Virus record (IMG/VR): IMGVR_UViG_3300023084_000003
Reading direction: 5' to 3' (one strand)
DNA length: 64,000 nucleotides
From: a virus
This document shows, one piece after another, positions 19,701 through 26,889 of this stretch. How positions within the stretch are numbered: position 1 is the first letter of the stretch; each line of letters starts with the position of its first letter. Below the pieces are notes generated by a model. It worked only from the letters and a program-made list of their open reading frames with translations. It was not told where the DNA came from and made no database searches. The position numbers and the translations under genes were made by a program.

Positions 19701-22700
19701 GTTGTATTCGCACAAGAGAATCTGATGCTTTCATCTGCAAGCATTACATATTTACCAACCGGTAGGCTGTGCTGACCAATTTCTAGAGTCATATCACCAG
19801 TTAGAGGATCGTATGTACCTGTGCTTGGAGTAAACTTACCAGTATAAACTGATGAAGATGTAATTGCAAACGGTTCTGCTCTTACGAATGTATGAGCACC
19901 AGTATATCCACCGGCATCTCCAACATTAACTGTAATAGAGTCTGCAGTTACCGCGGAAATAGTTAGATCAGTATTAAATGCAGGATCTGAAGCTCTTGGA
20001 TGTGAGATTTCAACTGCTGGTGAACCACATGAGAATGTCATCGCACCTTCGTTGATCTTAATTTTTTCGCCAATTCTTAGATCATGCTCACCAATAGTAA
20101 CAGTCATAATACCTGTGTTTACATTATATGTAGCAGCAGTTGGAGTATATCCGTTGCCTCTTGCATATTCCATATGCTTAATAGCGTCTGCATCTGCGCT
20201 TACAAATGTATGCGCACCTAGATATCCGTCTGAGATTGCACCAGCATCAATAGCAATTGTATTTGCATCTGGTACATCAGTAATCTCAACCATATTGTTG
20301 AAAATTGGATCTGTAACTCTTGGGTGTGAGATTTGTACATTAGTATGAGTGTTGTTAGAACACTGATATGTGATTGCAGTTTCATCAATTACGATGTAAT
20401 CACCTTTACTTAGATTGTGTCCTACCATCTCAAATGTTGTTCTACCAGACGCTGGATCGTAAGTACTTCCTGTTGGAGTGTAGTTACGTTTTACTTCAGC
20501 ATAAGTTTTAACAGCATTTGCTTTCGCTCTTACAAATGTATGCGCACCGGTATAACCGTTTGCATCGCCAGCATTAACTGTAATAACATCGCCGGCAACA
20601 TTTGTAATTTGCATTGGTTTTCTAAATAGAGGATCAGTTGCTCTTGGATGAGAGATTTCAACCGCCGGAGTACCACATGAGAATGTGATAGACTCTTTTT
20701 CTACAATAATCATATCGCCAATTTCATAACTATGATTTGGCAATGTAAGAGTCATTACACCAGTTACCGGATCGTATGTCGCAGTTTCTGGTGTGAACTT
20801 TCTAGCACCGGTATTCATGATACCGATGATTTCGTTAAACGAATCTTTTGATTTTGCGATAGCGATAGAATCTGACATTGTATCAGAAACTTCATCTCTT
20901 AAGTGTGAGAACGCTCCAACTGTTTCAGTAAGCTGATCTGTAAGTAGAGTCTTACTTGTTCCACCACGATATGCAATACCAGCTTGGATAGCATTGAAGT
21001 TTGTACCTAACTGCATGTCTCTCATTGCTGCAGGAACAATATATTCTTTTGTATCTCTCTGACATTTTTCTGAATCGTAGAAGAACCACTCTTCATCAGC
21101 CCAGTTCATCATATAGTTTTGGATCCAAGTACGGTTATGTTGTAGCTTAGCTCTTGCATTACGTTTATCTGCAGAGATTGCAGTGTCGTCACTAAATGTG
21201 ATTGCTGAACCAAGAACTGCTACTGCGCTATCTTTTACAGATACAAGAGTATGTACACCGTTATATCCTGTAGATCCAACATTTACAGTAATTGTAGTTG
21301 CTGTTGTTGATGTAATCGGAAGTGCTGATTTAAACGCAGGGTCCGATTTTCTTGGGTGCTTGAGTTGTACTACATTACCATCTGTCGCACAAGTAAATGT
21401 GAATCCTTCTGGTTCTAGAAGAATATATCTTCCAACGTCAAGGCTGTGAGTACCTATAGTGATCTCAAAGTCACCTGTTGAAGGTGTATAAGTTACTGCA
21501 GTTGGCGTAAACTTGTCACCATCATTCTTGAGAATACCAATAATCTCATTAAATTTCTCATAAGCTTCTGCAGCAAATACCGCAGAATTAGCTTGAGTCA
21601 ACTCGTCTGTTGAAAAACGTAGTCTTTCATATGCAGCAATTGTTTCTTCTCTTTGTGCACCGATTACGTTCTTAGCAGCTTTAAAGTAATATGCATTACC
21701 TGCTGTCACAGAGTTATAGTTTGTGTCAAGCATTGTGTCATACTTAACTGCTGGCAAGATAAACTCACGAACGTCTCTCTTACACTTAGCAGAATCATAT
21801 GCATAGAATTCTTCGTTATTATCCAACCAATCGATAAATTCTTCGATGATGAATTCACGGTTATCTTGTACAACTTCACGAGCTGCAGTTGCAGGAGCAT
21901 TACCTGTATCGGTAAAGATAATGTTGTTTGCAAACTCTTCACCATTCTTAAGAATGTTAAGTGTTTCATCAATTGATGTTGAGACTCTATCATTTACTTC
22001 TGTGTTTGCATTTCTAAAGATGTGCTCGATAGAATCTTTTAGATGCTCAATAGAACCAACTGTTTCATCAAGTTGTTCATTTACAACAACATATGAAATT
22101 GGTGAGCGATAAGTAATACCGTTTAAACGACCCCAGTAGTTACCCTTGGTTGCAATGTCTAGTCCAGTGTTCTCTACGATGATTCCAGTATCACGGAAAC
22201 ACTTGTCTGCATTATACCCTTGGTAGCCAAGACCTACATCAGAATTCAATGCAGAGGCCGGATGTGTAGTGTTTGCAGTCAAGAAGTTAACCATGTCGTC
22301 AACGATTGCTTGTTTGTTCTCTGCAAGAGCGTCTGCAAAATCTGTATTAGAAAGTAACGCAATACCTTGACCTGCTGAATCTTTAGGTGCTTCTGCAGGT
22401 TTAACAATTGTTGTTTTACCGCTGGCTCTCATTGAGATGTCACCGAACTGAGAACCTGAGTTGTTCAATGTAACCTGACCACCATCAAGAGCGAAGAACG
22501 CCTGACGAGTAAAGATTGACAATGAACCAATACCGTTGATACCAGCACCGTTCTTAGCAACGTATCCTGTACCGTTTTGAGTACGAGGTGTAAAACCAAA
22601 ACAAAGTAGGTATGTGTAAAGTGAGTCAGGATCTAGAACTGCTCTGTCCATAAGCGCACAACCGCCACCACGACCAATTAGTCTGTTCGGGAAGTCGTCA

Positions 22701-24691
22701 ATACCAAGTCTTACGACTTCAGCTGTACCGCCTCTTTGTGCAGTCAGGATGTCGCCTGGTTCTACATTACCTTTAAGGTTGCGAACGTGAACTGTATTAG
22801 GTAGATCATCAATATATGAAATAAAGCCTGTGGCACCACTTGAGAATACAACCTCATCATCAATCTCAAAGTTTGCTTGACCCACAACATTAGTGATATA
22901 GAATTCTTGTCCAAGGTCGTAGATTGTACCTTTTGAGTTGAATGGATTAAGTGGAGGTTCAACATCCAAGCGGTTGAAGTTTGAAAGCTGAGAGGAGTCT
23001 CTGATATATGGAGATCTTCTCATTAGAGCACCAGGACGATAAACGATAGCGAAACCACCCTCAGGATGATCGAAGTTATCGACCTCGAAGTTCATATATG
23101 AGAAACCTTGAACGTAACAACCTGATCCAACCTGAATACCGTTTGTTCTTTCCCAACCTGGCTTCTTCTGAATAACTGTTGCATACTGACCAGCAGTTGA
23201 TGTCATTGAGCAATCATCAGGAAGAGAGATTGGTTCATCGACATAATAAGTGCCTGGTCCGACCGAGATGTGTACAGCGTTGTTAATATCGTTTCTATTA
23301 TACGAACCACCGGCTTTCTCTAATGCAAGTTCTTCAGCTCTTTTCAATGTTTGTACTGGTCTTAGAAGTGTACCATCATTGTCGTCGTCGCCGTCTGCTG
23401 AGACGTAAACCTTAAGAGCTTTTTCTGTTTTTCTTGAGAATTCGTCATAAAGTTGACGATAAGTCATTTGCTCTACATCGCCGGTCTTAACATTTTTAAG
23501 AGCGAAATAACTATCTTCGTCGATAGGAGCTTCAAACTTTTTGGTTAGATCCATGTCAAAATCGACAAGCTTAGAATCGTCGATTGTTGAGTTAGAGATC
23601 AATGAATCTTCAACATTACCGTCTGTAAATGTAGATTTATTTTGTTGTAACTCAGTTGCAGCAGAATTGTTTATAGTAATATTTTCTGCAACAGTATTTG
23701 TCATAGTACCTTGGAAAGCAGTGTTTGCAATCACTGAATTCTGTAATGTACTTTGGTCCATAGTTGTATTCGTAAATACGTTATTGTTACCAGTACCGTC
23801 TGAGAAATCTGAATTTACTATACTTGTGTTATTAGCAGTAGAATCATTTAGTTCTGAATTTGTAATAACAATATTGTTTGCAGTTGTATCAAAGATATTT
23901 GAATTACTAATTGCAGTATCGTAGATAGTACCGTTAGCAAAAATAGATCTAGTGATTACAACATTATCGAGATCGGTGTCACGAATATCTGAGTTAGAGA
24001 TAGCGACATCCCAGATCTGAGTATTACCATAGATCTCTGCATCAAAAATGTCACCGTTTGAGAAGTTCGTGGTGACGATAGTTGAGTTAGACATAAACGC
24101 GTCTTCAAGAATAATCTCGTCGATGGTAATGTTTGTAAGAATAAGACCGTTAGCTGTACCTTGATCGATAGTAACGTTATTATACTCTGAATCGTCAATA
24201 GTAGAATTTGTAAGAGTAACGTTGTTTCCTGTACCGTCATTAAACTGAGAACCAGTAATGACAGACTGAGACATTGTTATGTTGTTAGCAGACGAGTTTG
24301 TAATTCTACCAAGATCGATAGTGGTATAGGTAAACACGTTGTTATTACCAGTACCATCTGAGAAATCAGAGTTTGCTATTTCAAGATTGACACCAATAGA
24401 GCCTTCAAGACTTCCGCCAATAAATCGGGTTGTTTCGATTCGTCCATTTGTGAATGTTGAAGTGTTGATAGTAACACTTGTCAAAGTAGAATCTGACATA
24501 GATACGTTTCTAATAGTACCACCGGTGATGGTGATTCTATTAAAAATCTCGTACTGAATAGCTTGAACTAGTTCTTTACGGGTGATGTTCTTTGTGCCGT
24601 CATCACCTTGAATCAAGTTAACAATGACAAAGAGGTCTTCCGGTCTTGTATTGGCGCCGGTTATTGGACCTAATTCTGAAATCTTTGACAT
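13778..24691 (-). CDS. Giant multi-repeat virion protein (3637 aa): pentapeptide solenoid, pectin-lyase-like beta-helix, 11 CxRD helical repeats, 8 HPR beta-domains
   Basis: Uninterrupted 10.9 kb ORF behind a late promoter. VYVSADGDDDNDG...GPGTY beta-helix entry motif. The repeats are directly visible in the translation. Confidence 0.85.
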   Translation of the reverse strand: MSKISELGPITGANTRPEDLFVIVNLIQGDDGTKNITRKELVQAIQYEIFNRITITGGTIRNVSMSDSTLTSVTINTSTFTNGRIETTRFIGGSLEGSIGVNLEIANSDFSDGTGNNNVFTYTTIDLGRITNSSANNITMSQSVITGSQFNDGTGNNVTLTNSTIDDSEYNNVTIDQGTANGLILTNITIDEIILEDAFMSNSTIVTTNFSNGDIFDAEIYGNTQIWDVAISNSDIRDTDLDNVVITRSIFANGTIYDTAISNSNIFDTTANNIVITNSELNDSTANNTSIVNSDFSDGTGNNNVFTNTTMDQSTLQNSVIANTAFQGTMTNTVAENITINNSAATELQQNKSTFTDGNVEDSLISNSTIDDSKLVDFDMDLTKKFEAPIDEDSYFALKNVKTGDVEQMTYRQLYDEFSRKTEKALKVYVSADGDDDNDGTLLRPVQTLKRAEELALEKAGGSYNRNDINNAVHISVGPGTYYVDEPISLPDDCSMTSTAGQYATVIQKKPGWERTNGIQVGSGCYVQGFSYMNFEVDNFDHPEGGFAIVYRPGALMRRSPYIRDSSQLSNFNRLDVEPPLNPFNSKGTIYDLGQEFYITNVVGQANFEIDDEVVFSSGATGFISYIDDLPNTVHVRNLKGNVEPGDILTAQRGGTAEVVRLGIDDFPNRLIGRGGGCALMDRAVLDPDSLYTYLLCFGFTPRTQNGTGYVAKNGAGINGIGSLSIFTRQAFFALDGGQVTLNNSGSQFGDISMRASGKTTIVKPAEAPKDSAGQGIALLSNTDFADALAENKQAIVDDMVNFLTANTTHPASALNSDVGLGYQGYNADKCFRDTGIIVENTGLDIATKGNYWGRLNGITYRSPISYVVVNEQLDETVGSIEHLKDSIEHIFRNANTEVNDRVSTSIDETLNILKNGEEFANNIIFTDTGNAPATAAREVVQDNREFIIEEFIDWLDNNEEFYAYDSAKCKRDVREFILPAVKYDTMLDTNYNSVTAGNAYYFKAAKNVIGAQREETIAAYERLRFSTDELTQANSAVFAAEAYEKFNEIIGILKNDGDKFTPTAVTYTPSTGDFEITIGTHSLDVGRYILLEPEGFTFTCATDGNVVQLKHPRKSDPAFKSALPITSTTATTITVNVGSTGYNGVHTLVSVKDSAVAVLGSAITFSDDTAISADKRNARAKLQHNRTWIQNYMMNWADEEWFFYDSEKCQRDTKEYIVPAAMRDMQLGTNFNAIQAGIAYRGGTSKTLLTDQLTETVGAFSHLRDEVSDTMSDSIAIAKSKDSFNEIIGIMNTGARKFTPETATYDPVTGVMTLTLPNHSYEIGDMIIVEKESITFSCGTPAVEISHPRATDPLFRKPMQITNVAGDVITVNAGDANGYTGAHTFVRAKANAVKTYAEVKRNYTPTGSTYDPASGRTTFEMVGHNLSKGDYIVIDETAITYQCSNNTHTNVQISHPRVTDPIFNNMVEITDVPDANTIAIDAGAISDGYLGAHTFVSADADAIKHMEYARGNGYTPTAATYNVNTGIMTVTIGEHDLRIGEKIKINEGAMTFSCGSPAVEISHPRASDPAFNTDLTISAVTADSITVNVGDAGGYTGAHTFVRAEPFAITSSSVYTGKFTPSTGTYDPLTGDMTLEIGQHSLPVGKYVMLADESIRFSCANTTTSDIGEISHPRDGEPAFRKPVRISAVTDTAITMNVGNAGGYTGAHTFVSAKVDSVDTNAIYWTDPAKVASYHTPIDVDYNPTTGDMIIDFGGSHDFTTNDHIEFKPASVVLSCVNTATSETIEIAHPRIGEPNYEFPLEVTAVAANTITVNPGSAGGYTGTHTFVRADYDAVVKLPERVTRNGALARKQLQANKAFLQAEVDAWLKDNYFVYDDKRCARDTGYILDAVRRDMATGSNVNAVFAGLAYRTGNASAENVVNNQLTETVGAITWLKGKINTTITSGAAGLAADAAFDEIIDIMNNGAGNANSRTFGTSYVSQDTLDARGLLQSNKAFLQDEVTAWIANTHPDLSYNVADCERDLGYFIDAVSWDVQHGSNAATVNNARVYFDNAVSVLAEQEKPVTAEAYAYIADIAGGLVRQEVVATQQNATTQTFANTLTPTFAAYNPVTGIMTLTIPSHGQSVGDYIVIAENGITFECGSPATQISHPRATDPYFNTPIEITKVDGDILTMYVGTAQGYAEAHTFVSAATDCVRPSVAPAVGTEVEKLFRTISDIIEEDDYKTTFGIEGYEDTDGYVSGGEGYGTDGINTGLTTPTIKEPTLSGTGYDAATNVMFEEIAGATAKYQTEIIDYIRETYNGLAYQEDKCPRDVGYIVDAVSEDLEYGGDSATINAARYYFEGAINVLPLYQREPTRLAFEHIADLMEDVVTETAITPTTGNALTQDTSGLPADAATGVEAKRLANIISNITDDRLVIPEYTGSLDITQKPEARLKNLPSANTDIAPLIEPSRTYARKALQMNKGFIQDEVVGYINDTYFTYDEDKCARDVGYIIDAVRRDVETNSDYSSKYAGRAYRAGNPSTDTVINDQLAETIEAIKYVRKDIEAQLSGTALTTARGAFDNIINIMKDGVSGLTYNFGTSRIGVSEGNSTDGLVANRTFLQKEGRAYFEQTYPVLWAALSAEQRDKCERDIGYMVDAVSWDIRHGSNVAMRDVASLYFDQGTSVLPADQKTETAAIFEHVATVAERILLKLPVTPTTGNTETVSTAFGNVLTQVAQDVEDLFNIVSNMITEDSLFGLPAAVFPDTGAVGATGYADASDVAKITARKTTLQNGVNSYLQSKFDYLEYDSEKCRRDTGYMVDAISHDIQYGGNSAMWNAAQIYFVNMTNLLPLEQREPTKKAFTHMAEVMRKVIRNEDVDLRIGKRFTPTNATYNPLTGVMEVTLGAHNLAVGDYIMFEKESITFECGSPAVQISHPRETDGSFAKPLRIDAKTATTITVQAGYAKGYAGAHTFVSATDNAVKVIRGQSFKQDKSSLAARREIAMEAKHLALMIADIADDNNPDNLPARIEPNMDWVPSIFKTEKDKVDNALEALTTSMVNHISTTYKGISYPKEKCRRDVGIMLDAISHDVQYETNYATRLAANMYFDNATSVLPFDQRQQTADFYEEMANYISKIITGDVAGEAGGPSAATAVEGEWAADMVRIVEEAIRRDGLDAVPELIEPNTAWVDDSKVSAGKMIDGKLGDLADDVTKFISDNFTIVDYSKAKCRRDSGYIIDAMSWDLNYGGNLASRWNADFYYWNNELRIPEDTRVATAQSYRQLGKIVSDVTVGKYPGQKLRPEMGSEAQQAQAKDLGMIFYNALFYNTPRALGRTIQPDFMWEDKKNKAFRFSRDILLNNKVALQKEVQRFITSTYKFIDLPKTYRDAGNLIDIIQNDLRFTDPSQNPPIEGSDKAMRSFAAALYDIDSKSVFPVFNPPSAFANWRDLRFKGAGTVTERDALTNPKRWDAFVVSATGGSNPDNNDYVGEIHYWNGTGWIASGHQNNVDLLVSFYKAWERMRDYINTNIAPNAAHRAMITELIDDVLISTVLRPNFLAFGSLVESIAHQFNGASAGVNRNALPLNFRNVGAAIGATASVLSEDGGRIRWSGSDELNNQYFARGLRINGRTGRIEGRPFTSSVRKLARRASNSRAVL

Positions 24692-24727
24692 TCGGTTATA
24701 CCCTTATAAGTCTGCTGTTTTTCTTTT

Positions 24728-24735
24728 TATTTATA
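24728..24735 (-). promoter_or_regulatory. T4-type late promoter TATAAATA
   Basis: Exact match 37 nt upstream of the giant gene ATG (24691). Overlaps the stop of the upstream gene. Confidence 0.75.
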
Positions 24736-25378
24736 AAACAATACCGTATCGTTCACCCGGAATCGATACAATAAAATAGCCTTGATCTTTTTCTGTTTTG
24801 TGACAAAATTGATGAGATATATCAGTTCTATCTTTCACAACATTATAAAGAGCTTCAGGTCCTCCCCAAACTGTCCAATCATCAGTAATATGTTCATAGT
24901 CCGTTCCAGAAGATTTTAAATTATTTTCTGAATCAAAATAATCTATCTTCATGATTCTTTGTTTTAAATTCATATGATAATGTTTTTTACCTAATACATT
25001 ACCTTGCTTATCTAAATAATATCCAGTTCCCCAGTGCCATTCTTTACCTAAATTGTCTGTAGGTTTATTATGAGTTGTAGTCACGTAAAGTCTCAGATTA
25101 TCAGTAGTCAACGTACCTAAATCTATAGCAATCAAACCAGTTCGTGTTCCTTCAGGACCTGGCTCGTACAATCTTCTTGGTACTGAAAATCCATACTTTT
25201 CTAAAAAAGTATCAATGTCTTGTCTAATTTCTTCTGAGTTATTACGAATGTAAATTACAACCGAATGCACATCTTTGCGTCTAACAAATTCTAATGTAGT
25301 TAGGATGCTTATTGGAAATATATCTAATGCTTCATCTAGGATATCATAATAGCCTCTAAAAATATTTGAATCTACCAT
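24731..25378 (-). CDS. Hypothetical protein (215 aa), AT-rich
   Basis: ORF coupled (TAATG) to the upstream adhesin-like gene. No recognisable motif. Confidence 0.6.
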   Translation of the reverse strand: MVDSNIFRGYYDILDEALDIFPISILTTLEFVRRKDVHSVVIYIRNNSEEIRQDIDTFLEKYGFSVPRRLYEPGPEGTRTGLIAIDLGTLTTDNLRLYVTTTHNKPTDNLGKEWHWGTGYYLDKQGNVLGKKHYHMNLKQRIMKIDYFDSENNLKSSGTDYEHITDDWTVWGGPEALYNVVKDRTDISHQFCHKTEKDQGYFIVSIPGERYGIVL

Positions 25379-26889
25379 TAGTTGCCCCCTGCCCCATTAG
25401 CCAAAACTAGTGTAATAGTTTGAGTTACATCTGTTGTAGGATAACCTATTCTTCTTATTTCAACAGAAATATCTGCAGATACATCTACTCCGTAATATGC
25501 AATACCTGCCGAGCCTGCGTTAGAAGGATCTGGATTTCCCCATGTTACTGCGACGTTAGTATCTAATGGAATCCATGTGTTCCAAAGAGGATTACTTATA
25601 ATGATCGAGCCCTGTGGCCCCGTAGAAAGAGTTGGAGTTTGCGGAGAGTTTACAGCAAGCGGAAGGTTCTGCACAACATTACTGTAATTTAATCTTACCT
25701 CATAGCGGTCGCCATTTCCTGTACCAATGTCGTCTTGTAACCAGTCTATTACATCACCTAACGCAGGAACATTACTTCCACCTACATTTGACAAATTTTC
25801 AATAATTTTATCAGTTGTGCCGTCTGATCTAAGTTGGAAACCAAAACGACAGAAAGGACCTGTAGTAGTCGTATTTGTTGCATTAAATCGCCACGTAGTA
25901 TTAATACTATTTGCTGGAACAGGCTGATCTGTTGGCACACTAAATTTTGTTACTGAACCATTCTTTTCTATACGGAAACCAAAATAATATGATTGATTTC
26001 TTTCAGTATTACCACCAGTTGCAGGTGGGGTAAAGATTTGAGTAGCAGCACCCGTATCAAGGTCAAATTTTAAGTAGCCTGGATTTCCGTAACCGCCGTC
26101 GTGGTTACCTACAGCGAATGCTGGAGTTCCGCCTTTACCGAGTTGTACGACATAATCAACCTCTACATCAACATCAACAGTACCGTTCCATCTTCCGCCA
26201 TAAAAACCACCTTCACCGGCTTTACCCCACTCATCTGAGCCACCTCTATTGATAAGACCGAAGAACTCGTAGTTATCTCCATTACCTTGGTCGCCGCCGC
26301 CACCGCCGCCACCTGCACCCCAGTGTCCCCAAGGTGCAGAGCCACCTGCAGTATTTCTAGCAGCTGCAGCCCCGCCTGCGCCGAATGGTGACGCTTCACC
26401 CGCTGTAGCATTCGCACTTGTAAACGCGTTGTTATTTCCTCCAAGACCAGATTGTGCTCCGGCTTTAGTATCAGTCTGGGCTACATCATCTCGTGTTACG
26501 TTAAACGCAGTGAGAAAATTCGCACGATCTATTTGTGATGGTACTACCCCGCCGTTTGCCGCTACTGCAGCATCAAAGGTTGACATAAGCATGATACCAC
26601 TAGGCCCACCAGATCCAGCTCGACTTACAATATCAGAATTGTTTTCAAAACCAGAACCACCTGCACCGCCTCCGCCGTATGCTTCAAACGCTAGATTAAT
26701 TATTCTTGTAGCGCCATAAAATTGGCTCATAGCAATAGGTTCGCCCTGCTGACCGATAGCAGAGTTTTGGTTTTTATTAGGTACTAAACCTCCTCCTCTA
26801 GCATATTCTGATAGAGAGTGCGGCTTAGTGCCGGTAAACTCGTTGGCGATGTCTTGAGTGTTAAGAGGGCCGGAAGTCTTGATAGCCAT
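25378..26889 (-). CDS. Putative fibre-tip adhesin, gp38-like glycine-rich protein (503 aa)
   Basis: N-terminal SGPLNTQDIANEFxG..PHSLSEY...MSQFYG cap motif and several GGxGGG glycine-rich motifs. Lies directly downstream of an S74-chaperone fibre gene. Confidence 0.6.
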   Translation of the reverse strand: MAIKTSGPLNTQDIANEFTGTKPHSLSEYARGGGLVPNKNQNSAIGQQGEPIAMSQFYGATRIINLAFEAYGGGGAGGSGFENNSDIVSRAGSGGPSGIMLMSTFDAAVAANGGVVPSQIDRANFLTAFNVTRDDVAQTDTKAGAQSGLGGNNNAFTSANATAGEASPFGAGGAAAARNTAGGSAPWGHWGAGGGGGGGDQGNGDNYEFFGLINRGGSDEWGKAGEGGFYGGRWNGTVDVDVEVDYVVQLGKGGTPAFAVGNHDGGYGNPGYLKFDLDTGAATQIFTPPATGGNTERNQSYYFGFRIEKNGSVTKFSVPTDQPVPANSINTTWRFNATNTTTTGPFCRFGFQLRSDGTTDKIIENLSNVGGSNVPALGDVIDWLQDDIGTGNGDRYEVRLNYSNVVQNLPLAVNSPQTPTLSTGPQGSIIISNPLWNTWIPLDTNVAVTWGNPDPSNAGSAGIAYYGVDVSADISVEIRRIGYPTTDVTQTITLVLANGAGGN

